Assembly: GCA_030141605.1 (NCBI GenBank)
Contig: JAQGDQ010001081.1
Location: 626-64,625, forward strand
Source of the DNA: Tubiluchus corallicola
Lineage: Eukaryota; Animalia; Priapulida
DNA length: 64,000 nt
Direction of reading: 5' to 3'
Shown piece after piece: positions 1-12,099 of the stretch. Position 1 is the stretch's first letter. Every line of letters begins with the position of its first letter. The position numbers were made by a program, and so were the translations under genes. Under the pieces are notes generated by a model that did not search any database, had not been told where the DNA came from, and saw only the letters and a list, made by a program, of their open reading frames with translations.

Positions 1-659
1 CTGTCTTGATGTGTCATCTCATTCTGTTGTCACGCCATACGCAATTGAAACAATGACAGGTTAGAACATGATTTCAAATTGATATGCTATTATAAACAAA
101 ATATAGAAGGAACTCATAAATATTATTAATGAGCTAGCACATTTGTACATATTTAAAAATTCCCAATTACAATATCTTAACTCTGTCGTTTTACATCTGT
201 GGCGTCATACATAGCTACACAAATGAAATGCTACCCAAAAATGTGCAGTTATGCAACTTGAGTTATGATTAGGTAAACCTATCATAATAGGACGTTATAC
301 AGAATAAAAAAATAGAATTTACATACCAATAGATGGATTTCTGCAAGCATAAGCACTTAATACTCTTCGTAAAGCACTAATGCCAATATCAGACTGAAAT
401 GCTGGATGTTCTGGAAGTGACCTACAGTAACGTTTCCCCGTGTCAACAGTTAGCATCACATTACCAACATTTTGTCATTATAAAAATGTAAGAAAAGAAA
501 TAAACTTTTTGTAGTGCCTTGAATAGCTGTTAATTATTGTTATTAATTGATTTTCAAATCTAAATACAAAAATATTTTCATATTTGAGCTCAGATCTATA
601 TGACTTCAATGTCGGAGGGAGCATATAAATCTACCTGTGTAAATCCCTTTCTCTTTCAT
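1..659 (-). repeat. Inverted duplicate of 2762-3420 (TBC exon and intron segment); runs to the window edge
   Basis: Position i pairs with 3421-i. Only two mismatches seen (162 and 653). Contains the antisense copy of exon 3000-3094 and of the 3' end of exon 2692-2786. Confidence 0.97.
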
Positions 660-821
660 AATTCGTTACTTTGCAGTCTTTCGTATCTTATAATTTTAAC
701 ATTTTGGGCACTGTCTAACCTTGTTAATTTTTATTCATTCATTGTTTCGAAATATTTTGTAACAGTGACTACAATTTTGCTACTTTATAAAATCCTCTAT
801 TATTATATTGTTTTCAGCTTG

Positions 822-825
<4 letters not shown>

Positions 826-855
<30 letters not shown>
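826..855. repeat. (TA)n microsatellite
   Basis: Direct reading. Confidence 0.95.
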
Positions 856-860
<5 letters not shown>

Positions 861-883
861 CATCATTTGTTATAATTTTGTAG

Positions 884-972
884 ACAAATTTCCTTTTTGC
901 TGAGCTAAAGGACAGGCAGTTCATATTGGAAAAGATTTCTGACTTTCTGGCCAAAATTCCAGATCAGAAACA
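884..972 (+). CDS. TBC1D9: TBC1D9-like exon (end of GRAM region)
   Basis: ttttgtag|ACA...CA|gtgagt; encodes [29 protein letters not shown]. Confidence 0.9.
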
Positions 973-3900
973 GTGAGTATGCTGCAATGAAGACTATGCC
1001 TATTACTATTCATTTTATATGCTTACCATACAATTGTGGTTTTCAGTTTTTCAGTACATACTATAATTAGTATACTGTATAACAATATGTATGCAAGCTC
1101 GAGTTTTTCTGCATAGATCTCTAGGTGATAATGATCGTGAAAGTGTGACAAGTACTAGCAGCAGTAGCAGTTTTATCAAGATTGTGCGAGAAGCTGGTAG
1201 TGGCAATGGAACTGAAAGTGCATTGAGTACATCTCCATCCTCAGAAAGTGGATTTGTTAAACTAAGCCCGATGGAGGTGCCTGTTAAGCCGGAGGAAATT
1301 TATACAGGTAATTTTTAGCTCTGGACATTATTATTTTGTCAGTTTATAGGAAAGCCAATAGGTAGTAATCCATAATGTTAAACAAAATTTCACTTCTAAC
1401 AAAAAATTGAAAAGGGATAAGAATTGGTATGCTCTTGATTTCTATTAGATTTAATATCAGTTGGCAAAATTCCATAAAACAAGTAAAAATCGGAATGGTC
1501 TTTATCATGATTCGTCATCATAACCTTTATAATCATCGTCACTCTTGTTATCATAATCGCCATTGTCATTAGCTTCATTTTCTCTTCATGTGGCAGGTAG
1601 CCTCAGCTCCAATCTGCCTGGAATTTCAAATCAGCCAGCTTTAATCAAAGTGTTTCCAATGCTCCATTCAGATATTGTCAAATCTCAGGAGAATGCTAAG
1701 GAACACTTGTGGAGTATGCATTTCACTGAATTTGGCAGGTGAGCTAAGCATCATCGTAGTTTCATTTCTCTATAACGAATTTCATAGTTTCTTTTTACAT
1801 ATTTTCTGCAGTATTCTTTTACGTGCACCCATTTATTCTAGTCGGATTTTGATCCATTTCTGTTTGCGAAGCAATTAATTTGTCATTCATCCACAGGAGT
1901 GTTGAGATAAGCTCCTGTTGACATACGATGTTTTTGATATTGGTCAGTAGTAGATTCCAAGTGCTGCATAGACCTTGTAAAGCAGTATTTACAACTTTGG
2001 TGTGATCTTCCTCAGTGCATCACTAAAATTACTTTGCAGAATGATTTGCATATCTTCAAGAAAGTAATATTTAATTTTTTGTGTAATTTGCATTTTTTAT
2101 GTAAATGCATACTACTTTTTACAGAGGCATATGTCATTATCGCACAACAGCCACACATCATCTCGTCATGAAGGGAATTCCTGAAAGCTTACGTGGTGAA
2201 CAATGGCTGGTTTATTCAGGTGCAATAAATGAGGTGACTAATTATTGGTTTAGAAATTCATAACTTTTACTTATAACTTGTAACATCATGCTTTATCTGT
2301 ACTTTGTCACATCCTTCTGCAATGCGTGTCCTCACTAACTTTTTACTTATTTCGATGTTTGGGAATAGTGCAACAATAACCTCATGAGTTGCACAGTTGC
2401 AGCAAATATAGGTCTGATGGTATGATTATTTTCAAACTGATTATTTTGCCCAGATGTCATCATCGTGGATAAGGTAAATTATCTTCATTACTTTGGCTAA
2501 ATCGTTGATTTTAATTGACATAAACACAGTCACCTTTTCTGCTGAAGGTTCTTAGGGTTGTACGTAAGTAAATGATCTGATGTCTCACTTGGGTAATCTG
2601 CAAGATAGTTCATCTTCCATGATCAGTGAAATTCATTCAAGTGTGGAAATTCTGTATAAGCTTTTATAATTTGTCCAAGTTTTGTTTATAGATGGCAACT
2701 CATCCGGGTTATTATGCAATGCTGGTAGAAAGGAGTGTCGGCAAAATGACGATGGCTAACGATGAAATAGAAAGGGATTTACACAGGTAGATTTATATGC
2801 TCCCTCCGACATTGAAGTCATATAGATCTGAGCTCAAATATGAAAATATTTTTGTATTTAGATTTGAAAATCAATTAATAACAATAATTAACAGCTATTC
2901 AAGGCACTACAAAAAGTTTATTTCTTTTCTTACATTTTTATAATGACAAAATGTTGGTAATGTGATGCTAACTGTTGACACGGGGAAACGTTACTGTAGG
3001 TCACTTCCAGAACATCCAGCATTTCAGTCTGATATTGGCATTAGTGCTTTACGAAGAGTATTAAGTGCTTATGCTTGCAGAAATCCATCTATTGGTATGT
3101 AAATTCTATTTTTTTATTCTGTATAACGTCCTATTATGATAGGTTTACCTAATCATAACTCAAGTTGCATAACTGCACATTTTTGGGTAGCATTTCATTT
3201 GTGTAGCTATGTATGACGCCACAGATGTAAAACGACAGAGTTAAGATATTGTAATTGGAAATTTTTAAATATGTACAAATGTGCTAGCTCATTAATAATA
3301 TTTATGAGTTCCTTCTATATTTTGTTTATAATAGCATATCAATTTGAAATCATGTTCTAACCTGTCATTGTTTCAATTGCGTATGGCGTGACAACAGAAT
3401 GAGATGACACATCAAGACAGTACTGCATGTTATTTTAACATTAATTTTTACGACTGTATGTTTCCACACATGAATATTACACACCTCTGTGCAATGTTTA
3501 GGATACTGTCAAGCCATGAATATTGTTACATCAGTGCTGCTTCTGTATGCTAATGAAGAAGAGGCATTCTGGTTACTAGTAGCTCTATGTGAACGCCTTC
3601 TCCCTGACTACTACAACACGAAAGTTGTGGGAGCTATAATTGATCAAGGTAAAATAAAAAAACTGAAAATTAATCCGCATTCCAGTATATGAGGAAATTA
3701 CGAATTTGGCTTTGACGCTCATGAATTGGATTAAGTTTTTTACTGAAATGTATTTGATGCCATTTTATTTGCTGGCTTTCAAAAATAGAACATTCCAGCT
3801 TTAACTAGCATTTGGATGGTTAACTGCAGGCAATCCTTGCTTCTGGGCAAACTTTATAAATCCAGTGTTCAAAATGTACTTCATCCAGAAGTAAGTTTGG

Positions 3901-6900
3901 ATCAAAAGTTTCATCCAAAATGTACTTTCATCGTCTTTTAGTTTCATATATCTTTATGGAGCTCGGGAACTAATCCTACTTCATTAAGCAAAAAACCACA
4001 CAGATAGCAACATGAATATAGAAACAGTTAAAAGGGAAATCTGTTTCAGAAAGCAGAACTAGAGCCATAATTTTTATCAGTGATCCATGTCAGTTTGTAG
4101 CACTGCACCTTACACCGCATAACCTAACTTTTTACACTTTTCCTAGATTGGACTGCATTCAATTTTAAAAAACACTGTTTCTCAAATCTATTGATAGTGC
4201 TTGGTTCAAGCAGTTTGTAGAAGTTTTTAAACCTAAATGTGCAACACTTAGCAGAAATTTGAAATGTAATGTTTTCAAAATTATTTTATCTGATTTTTTA
4301 TTTTAGGTGTGCTGGAAGACCTGACAAAGGAACACCTTCCGGATCTATATGAAAAACTACAAAAACTCGATATTTTGCACATGATTTCACTCTCTTGGTT
4401 CCTAACTATCTTTCTTAGGTGAGTTATTTTGGTCCATTTTTGATTTTTTGAAAAAAATTTCAGTACACTATATCAGTGCTTCCATTTAACAATATTTACT
4501 CTAGTCAAAGCACTCTAGCAAGATGCACTATGTAATCGTTTGTTGCTGTTACTTAACTGATTCTTTTGTGGGTTAAATTAGATGGAGCATAAGTATGTAG
4601 AGAATGTTTGTGGTTTCATATAAATTACATTTCTATAATGTCATATAAAGTTAATAAGCTTATTTTATTTTCTAACATGTTCTATATTTTTACTGTTTAT
4701 TTAGTAGTTCTTCAAGTTGCACTATGGAATATTCTGGCTGTGCATAAAAGTGTCTTTGACTTTTCATTTTTTGCCTCTCCTGTTTTACAATATAGAAATA
4801 GTTATAGTAATTCTCACGTCAGAACATTACCAGTTAGTTGCAATCAACCTGTATTATTTGTTAGTTATATAAAAAATGAATTATCATTTTGTGAGCATTT
4901 AACTTGTCACTCATTTTTCTGTATAAGCTGCCCAGCCCCTGCTAAAGTAAGCAACTTTGAGCATTTAATTTCATCTCTAGAAACTTTGTAGTATGGTTAT
5001 GGAAAATCTCCTAACTTGAAAGGAAGTGCTCTTCAAGGAAATTGTTTTTACACTGGCATTAACTCTAAATTGACACCTCACCTTAACAATTTTTTTATTC
5101 CCTGCTTTTCTTGGAGTTGTTCTGCATTTCAATTCGTTCACATTTGTCACACTACTAATTTATTTTTTTAATGTGCTTCAAGTTTGATGCTTTTTATGTC
5201 TGTTTAAATTACCAACCTAGTATTTATGTCTGTTTATGTCTATTTTAATGTAGAAGAACGTGATTTCATGATTTTCTGTATTCTTTTAGGGCAAAGGTAC
5301 CAAACATTGTAAAGTATGTTTGACCAGATCAAAAAATAAATTTATACAATCATTAATCTATAATCAATTAATCATACTAATTTCACATTCTCGACTTTTA
5401 TGTTTCTTTCTAGACTTTTATATTAGTTTGCATTTTTGTTTGTTAGTACAATGCCATTTGAGAGTGCTGTGAACATTTTAGACTGCTTCTTTTATGATGG
5501 AGCCAAAGTGATATTTCAGATAGCTCTTACAGTTTTGGATGCCACCCGAGAGAATCTCACCACTTGTAAGGTAAACCAGTAGATTTTTTTCACAAATTTG
5601 GGATAAAGTCTCTTTAGCCTTTACACTGAATTCTTGGATTGACTAGTAACATAATTGTTTGCTGCAGCCTTGATCATGAAATTACTTTTGTTTGGTTCAC
5701 AGAGTGAACCACTACTAGTAATAGAATCAGTTATTTATCACCATTTTAGTGACCACAATGAATTCTTGTACAAACTGACTGTGCTTTGCAAAGCATAAAA
5801 TGTTTTTATGGCATTTTGGTTAAGTTTCTTTTTCTGTTACAGGATGAAGGATCAGCAATGTGTGACTTAAGTCAGTACTTAGAGAATGTAGTGAACAAGG
5901 AGGCCACTCTCCCTCATATTATGCATACAAACCTAGTTGGTAACAAATGTGCAGCTGCTGGAAAGGAAAAAAAGGTTAGTTGAAGTTTTTTAAGCATTTT
6001 AGAAATGTTTGGAAATGAGCTTTCATTTGGATAGAGCTTATCACCTGGATAGCAGGGTTAACTGTAAGGTGGGTGGTATGGGACTTTTTGTAAGAACACC
6101 CTCTAATAGCCATGTTATTACAAATTTTTATATGGTAAGCAGATGGTTATAAAATTTTTGTAGCCATGTAGGTATAAATCATTTTTTGTCTTGTGTTCTT
6201 TTGAGAATTATTGTGTTAAACTGCATTTTAGTTGATTTATGAAAGTCTTCATGGTGCACTACTTTATAGCCTAAAATGTGTCGATCAAAACTTGTTTACT
6301 TTTCCTGCCCTTTATCTATGACTCTGCTAAGAAGTCTTAACATTTCTGAGTAATATTACCATATCATGATTATTTTCCTGGGTATTTCGTGAAATAGATC
6401 TGTGCCACCTGCAAGTCATTCTGAAAATTTTAAGTTGATGTCTTATAAGCGAATAAGTGCTAAAATTCACTCTGTCATCTGATATAATCAATATAATCAA
6501 AAGCTGGTTATTTGACGGAGCAAACAATTTTATTTTAGTTACAGGCTGCCTAGTTCAGCTGTAAAGTAGAAATTAGAGAGGGTTTTTATATTCTTCTTTA
6601 TCTGTTGTTGCTTTTCGTATTTATATGTAAAAGCTTTTGTTTTTCAGTCTATGGTAGACATTTCAGAGCTTATCTATGAATCGTATTCCAACTTTGGATT
6701 TTTGACGACTAGCACAATTGAACGATTGCGGCTTAAACATCGACTTCGAGTTGTACAAAACCTAGAAGACACTACAATGAAAAACGTGGTGCGAAGTATC
6801 ATTCATGAAGGCACCACCTTGTGGACACATGATGAACTACAACAGCTTTACCTTATTTTCAAAGTTAGGGAAAATTTACAGTTTTTTGTTTAAATTTTTT

Positions 6901-9900
6901 AAAACATTTATTATTAAATGCTCATATATTAAAAAGACAATTTTTGTGATTGTTTTGCTATTTTAAGACTCTATAAATATGTGTTGTGCTACGGTCAGTT
7001 GATAGTTGATAGCATTAATGGCTGCTCTTTATTTTGTAGGAAGAAAGGCTAAGTTCTGCATATTGGAAAAGCACAGTACATACGGCATTTGACCCGGATA
7101 AATATGATCTTTCACTGCCTTATTATGCACAACACAAAATTGATTTTGATCACTTTAAATTCTTGTTTTTAAGTCTCTCGCCGTGGGGACAAGGAATACA
7201 TGGTGAAACTCTGGCGTTGAGAGCATTCAGGGTAATTTGTTGTACCATTTTATCTGATTTTGTATGCTCACATATTTTTAATTAATAATGTTATCAATTA
7301 AAATGTGCATTCTGCATATTTTAAATTTCGTGCAAAAACTAATTTGCTTTTTTATGATAAAATGAACTATCTTACAATAGTAGTGTAGTAATCTCTGAAA
7401 AATTTTTAAAGTAGCCCTTCAAGAATCAAGACATGTCTGCTTGCTGTTTTCGTTATTAATGAAAAAATAATGAAAGGCTTTTTGGTAATGTCTGCATCTG
7501 TTGAAGACAAGGTTCTCAAGAAATGCTTTGATCGTCGTTGAAGTGTCCAAAAAACTATTTCATCATTAGCCTGTTTGTTTCACTTCTGTCTTGTCCTGCT
7601 CAGCTTGAGTCGGTTCTTCTGCAGATAGTTGGGGTAATAATATTCTTTGTTGATAGCTTTGCTGACACCATCATAGAGAAATCTTCTTGTAGTTTGATTT
7701 AAGGCCATCTGTGATTGAACTGCTTTATTTTGTGGCAGTGCTATTGGTTTGAGTGGCTTCAATCATTGACTGCTATTTGTGCTGCAACACAGTTCCTTGT
7801 TTTTTTTTTAAATTTGAAGAATAACAATCACAGGAGATGTATCATTTTTTCAGCTTTATGACAGAAATAGAGATAATATGATCAATTTCAAGGAATTCTG
7901 TATTTGCTTGGAAGTGATGTGCAGATCAGATCTTGCTGACAGATTCCAGTTATTCTATTTGATGCATCAACCACCTGCATTTTTACCGGGTGATTTAGAT
8001 AGTCCTACAACAGGTATTAAGTCACATTTTGTGCTCTTATTAATTGGTTATCATTGTCAGCTCTTTTTTACTGTTGTCCCACAACACATTGTATAAACGT
8101 GTTCACAGAACATCACAAAAATTGCCAGAAGTAACATTTTTGTTAATTAAAACATATTTTAATTCTATTAATTAGATCAAGATAAGTTTTTTGTGAAAAA
8201 ACATGTAGCGAAGAAACATTGGTACTTGGTGACTTTAAATCAGAATGATAACTAAACGCAGACATTCAGCATTTGCAGACTTCCGTACCAGTACATATTA
8301 TGTACTTACAACCACTAACAGAAAGGGGTAGCATTCTTAATTACCATTATTGGGGTGTTCTAGTGTTAACATGTGCATGAAAGGGCTCTTGTAAGCGAAG
8401 CTAATTGCTGTGAGTTCAGATGTCAGCTGAGAAGTTGGTTAATATTTACCATTAATTCTTAGCTATCCTTGTAGGTGTGTCCCAGTGGACTAATTGTTTG
8501 TTAAATTCCACTTTATTGGCGGCTCATATGTGAGTTTGCGCCATTTTGAGAAACTCTGAGCAAAAAGCAAAAGGATTAGGAGCCATAGCCATAAGTTACT
8601 TCTGTTAGTTTCTTATTAAGAGCTTTCTAGTAGTGCTTCAAGCCCAAGATGCAAACACAAAAGATGAGAGTTCTGCTTACTATATCTTCTACTTCAACCG
8701 TGCACCTGTATAGTAATTTTCCATGTACATATCTTTATTATTAAAAGTTGAAGTTACTGTTGTTTGCTTATGCAGCCGGCAGCTTTCAGGTATACTTAAG
8801 CTTTGGAACTATTGATTTTCTATGCAGTATTTGTACAAATCTCTTGCTAGCAAAACTAATTTAATTCAAATGAAATTTGTTTAGATGGAGCTGAAATTGC
8901 ATCTGAAGCTACAGACTTCTTTGATTGTGCACTTCTAACTCCGAAAAAGCAACAATCGGTCAGAGAATCCAGCTCAGAATCAATTGAACATGTTTCACCA
9001 ATATTACTTGAAGGTAAGTTGCACTAACAAGTTTTTCCAAAATTTTGTTGGATATGTATCACTTCAGTTTTTAACTGTTAAACTTTCAAACCATAATAAA
9101 TCTTAACTTTCACTCATTAGCAATGAATCATTTTTTCCTCTGTAGGAGCCTTGCAAAAAGATGAAGAGGACATAACAGAGAAGTATAGAACTAAAGGAAG
9201 ACAACTTAGTCATAGTGACAGTAAAGAGTCTATGCGAACTGTTCCTAAAATGACACAGGTATGTAATTATTACTCTATTGCTAAAGAGAAAAAATTAATT
9301 GGATCACAAACTTCTAAAAGAATAGTGTAGCCAAGGAGTCTCTTCACATTTATTTTTTTTGTCTTTCTCAAAAATGTTTATGCAACTTTTCTATTTCTTT
9401 TTCAGTATTTGAGGGAGGGCCGAATTAGCATAGTAGCTAACATTGTAACTGCTGCCTCTCGCTAAGCTGTGAAAACATTTTGCATATATAAATTATATTT
9501 TATATTATCTATAAATTATATGCATGTAAAATTTTTTCATAGCTTACTTCAAATTTCAACTTAAATCCAAGAATCCATTCGCACCAACTTCCATTATCAC
9601 GAATATTGTGAATCTCGTTAAATTCGCACAAGTTTTACCTGAATATAAAAAAATAAAGAAATACTGGCACTAATCTGACGTTGTCACTCTTTGCCTTATG
9701 CTAACACGCACGCTGCCATATTGCATTTGCGAAGTTATTTAGTTACTTCCCAAGTGTCACAGGCTCACTGCGCTTTTCACTCAGTATTTAGGAGTGAGCA
9801 TTTTTTACCAGAAAGCAAATTCGAATAGAACCAAATTTTAGTATTTCGAACCCGAATCGAATTCAAATTAAGTTTGAAAGATTTTCGAACAAGTTTTCGA

Positions 9901-12099
9901 ATCACTAGTTAAAAGTGGTCTTACAAAGATCATGCATATTATTTGATTTTGTTCTACAACAAAATCACTATTAGTTTATTAGAATCCTATTCGAATTGAG
10001 TTTAAACGATTTTCGAACAACTTTTCAAATCACTAGTTAATAGTGGTCTTACAACAGTCATGCATATTATTTGATTTTGTTCTGCAATAAAACCACTATT
10101 AGTTTGTTAAACATTTTGTTCAGAAACTGCAGCTAAATTGTGCCAATTGCATGCTACTTCAAATATTTTAATGATAAAGAACGTATGCGGCTGAAATGCT
10201 AAATTATTAGATCTATAATTGTAGGTTCAAACTCAATGCTCACCCGTATCAGTATTGTATGTATAAATCAGGGTTCTATGCTCGTCATCAAGCCAACAAG
10301 AATGCAAAGTTGAAACAGTCGCTATAAATTTTGGAAATGGTCGATTTGTCTTTATTTCAGCTTTTGTGAAGCACTTTTCCATTGTGCTGTGCTCATATTG
10401 TGTTGATTTAAGCATTTACACGGACATTTTGTCGATAGACATTGATGTGGAGATTTGTCAAATTACCAATAAATTTTTTCATTTTAGCTTAAACAACTTT
10501 TCTCAAGCCTGGCATTATCAAAGCTTGGAGAATCAGACTGAAATATTATGTCTCATTCTGAAAAAGATGTTATTCGTGATATTGATTAATAAACTTATAA
10601 CAAGTAAATTACTTTAATTGAAATTCAACCTTCGCTGCTTCAATAATTGTAATTCATTGTGCAATTTAGACTTCGATTCTCTGGATTCTCGTAAAGTGTC
10701 ACGGCGAAAATGTGTTTAGATTCTGACAACATGTAGATTCTGGCAAAAACAAATTACAACACTGTTTTCCAAATGTTGAAAATGTTTATATTTACCTGTG
10801 TATTTACCTCCATATTTACCTGTGTCTGCTCTGGGTGACTAACTGCTCCGGAGAGCGATCATTTTCAGCATTTGAATGATGATAAAAAATGAACGACGGG
10901 GCACTATGTGACAAATACCTTTCATTAGCAATCAGGATTATTTTTCCATGTTTGTAAAAGTGGCTTCAGTTACAAAGTCATCAGTGCAAGGCTTGTGAGA
11001 CTTTCCTTTAGTTGTTAATTTACTGATTTTGATTATCATTGATTTTTTATAGTGTGCTGGTGAAATTAAACATAAACAAACATTTCATTTGTTTAAAAGA
11101 AATGGCATTCTAGCCTATTCTGACATTCTCAAAACAGATACTGCATTAACATTTTCTTTACATATCATAGGAACAATTTATCCAGTTGTGGAAGTCACTG
11201 TATGACATATTTGTTGATCATCCTCAAGAGCAAGATATGTATCATTGTATTGCAACTGTGGGGACCTTGCTTCTGCAGATTGGTGAAGTGGGTAAGCAGT
11301 TTGTCAACAAAGAACAAGGTCAAGAACAAAAAATACCAGGTAACTATAACTACATTCAAGGAAACATTCCATCCCATTTTCAAAAGAGCAAAATATGTAA
11401 CCCATACGTAACCCACTCCTAGCTGTAAAATTTCTATGCAGCAGCTATTGTTGAATAACATTATGTAAATATTTTCTTTCAGAAGTGGTTGATGTGGACA
11501 CACCTACTGGTGAAATGAAAGAAACTGATATTACAGCAGCATTAGCAGAGGCATCAGCAGAGGGAGTTGCAGATTCGCCTCTTGAAAACACAACAGAGTC
11601 CTCAACTGCTGAAGGGAAGCAAGCTGATTATGATAAATCTGTTGAGGAGGCAGTTAAACAATTGTCACATAATCTGCCACCTACAGATGCTAGTGCCACA
11701 ACAACTGATGCTGAAGCTGTTTCTGAAACTGAAGATGACACAAAAGATGTAAAACTTAGTCAACCAAAAATGCTCGACTTGTCTGAAACTTCACATGTTG
11801 GTGGACAGACTAGTTACATCAGTCCTGACCAGGACACGTCTTCATCAGCCACGAGCGGGCCTGACACTGATTCTGGCACAAAGAGCCCAGATTCATATCC
11901 AAGCAACAACAGCGGTGAACCAGACATGGAGTGGTCAGTAACATTTGAGCAATTTCTCGCATCAATGCTGACTGAAGAAGATTTGTGTGAATTTTTTGAG
12001 AGGCAGGTTAATATCACACAACAGATTGAAAAGTTAAGAAGCAAAAGATTAGAGAGGCAATCAAGTAGCTTTGGTAACACTGCAGGTACCATGGTTTAA
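884..12099 (+). CDS. TBC1D9: TBC1D8/TBC1D9-family Rab GTPase-activating protein (GRAM-TBC-EF-hand); 5' part lies upstream of the window; 17 coding exons
   Basis: Phase-consistent GT-AG exon chain: 884-972, 1117-1307, 1597-1738, 2125-2233, 2692-2786, 3000-3094, 3502-3648, 4307-4418, 5447-5570, 5843-5974, 6648-6863, 7040-7231, 7854-8013, 8885-9013, 9146-9258, 11171-11339, 11483-12099. Motifs: [72 protein letters not shown]-hand [28 protein letters not shown]. Confidence 0.95.
1117..1307 (+). CDS. TBC1D9: TBC1D9-like exon (Ser-rich linker)
   Basis: gcatag|A TCT CTA...ACA G|gtaatt; phases match both neighbours. Confidence 0.85.
1597..1738 (+). CDS. TBC1D9: TBC1D9-like exon
   Basis: ggcag|GT AGC...GGC AG|gtgagc; [14 protein letters not shown]. 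Confidence 0.9.
2125..2233 (+). CDS. TBC1D9: TBC1D9-like exon (start of TBC domain)
   Basis: [36 protein letters not shown]; tttacag acceptor and gtgact donor. Confidence 0.93.
2692..2786 (+). CDS. TBC1D9: TBC1D9-like exon (IxxDxxR arginine finger)
   Basis: [32 protein letters not shown]; the Arg codon is split by the intron (AG|G). Confidence 0.93.
3000..3094 (+). CDS. TBC1D9: TBC1D9-like exon
   Basis: [32 protein letters not shown]; ctgtag acceptor and gtatgt donor. Confidence 0.93.
3502..3648 (+). CDS. TBC1D9: TBC1D9-like exon (YxQ glutamine finger)
   Basis: [50 protein letters not shown]. Confidence 0.95.
4307..4418 (+). CDS. TBC1D9: TBC1D9-like exon
   Basis: [37 protein letters not shown]; ttttag acceptor and gtgagt donor. 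Confidence 0.93.
5447..5570 (+). CDS. TBC1D9: TBC1D9-like exon
   Basis: [41 protein letters not shown]. Confidence 0.93.
5843..5974 (+). CDS. TBC1D9: TBC1D9-like exon
   Basis: [20 protein letters not shown]...KEKK; ttacag acceptor and gttagt donor. Confidence 0.88.
6648..6863 (+). CDS. TBC1D9: TBC1D9-like exon
   Basis: [17 protein letters not shown]...[19 protein letters not shown]...LYLIFK. Confidence 0.92.
7040..7231 (+). CDS. TBC1D9: TBC1D9-like exon
   Basis: EERLSSAYW...[31 protein letters not shown]...LALRAFR. Confidence 0.92.
7854..8013 (+). CDS. TBC1D9: TBC1D9-like exon (EF-hand)
   Basis: [41 protein letters not shown]. Confidence 0.92.
8885..9013 (+). CDS. TBC1D9: TBC1D9-like exon
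   Basis: tttag|AT GGA GCT GAA...GAA G|gtaagt; [14 protein letters not shown]. Confidence 0.85.
9146..9258 (+). CDS. TBC1D9: TBC1D9-like exon
   Basis: ctgtag|GA GCC...ACA CAG|gtatgt; ends VPKMTQ, joining EQFIQLWK of the next exon. Confidence 0.87.
9855..10110. repeat. Diverged direct duplication (about 128 bp period), probably DNA-transposon terminus
   Basis: tttcgaacaa..ttttc(g/a)aatcactagttaa(a/t)agtggtcttacaa...catgcatattatttgattttgttct occurs at about 9883 and about 10011. Confidence 0.8.
11171..11339 (+). CDS. TBC1D9: TBC1D9-like exon
   Basis: [44 protein letters not shown]. Confidence 0.92.
11483..12099 (+). CDS. TBC1D9: TBC1D9-like terminal coding exon
   Basis: tttcag acceptor; acidic linker, then [23 protein letters not shown]; TAA at 12097-12099. 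Confidence 0.93.

Noticed and set aside
328-422. A second TBC gene on the minus strand
   Set aside because: Introns are as identical as exons and the upstream exon is truncated at about 659, so this is a recent partial duplication; continuation beyond the window cannot be assessed
4608-4991. 127-aa intronic ORF
   Set aside because: AT-rich, non-ATG start, no motifs and not needed in the TBC exon chain
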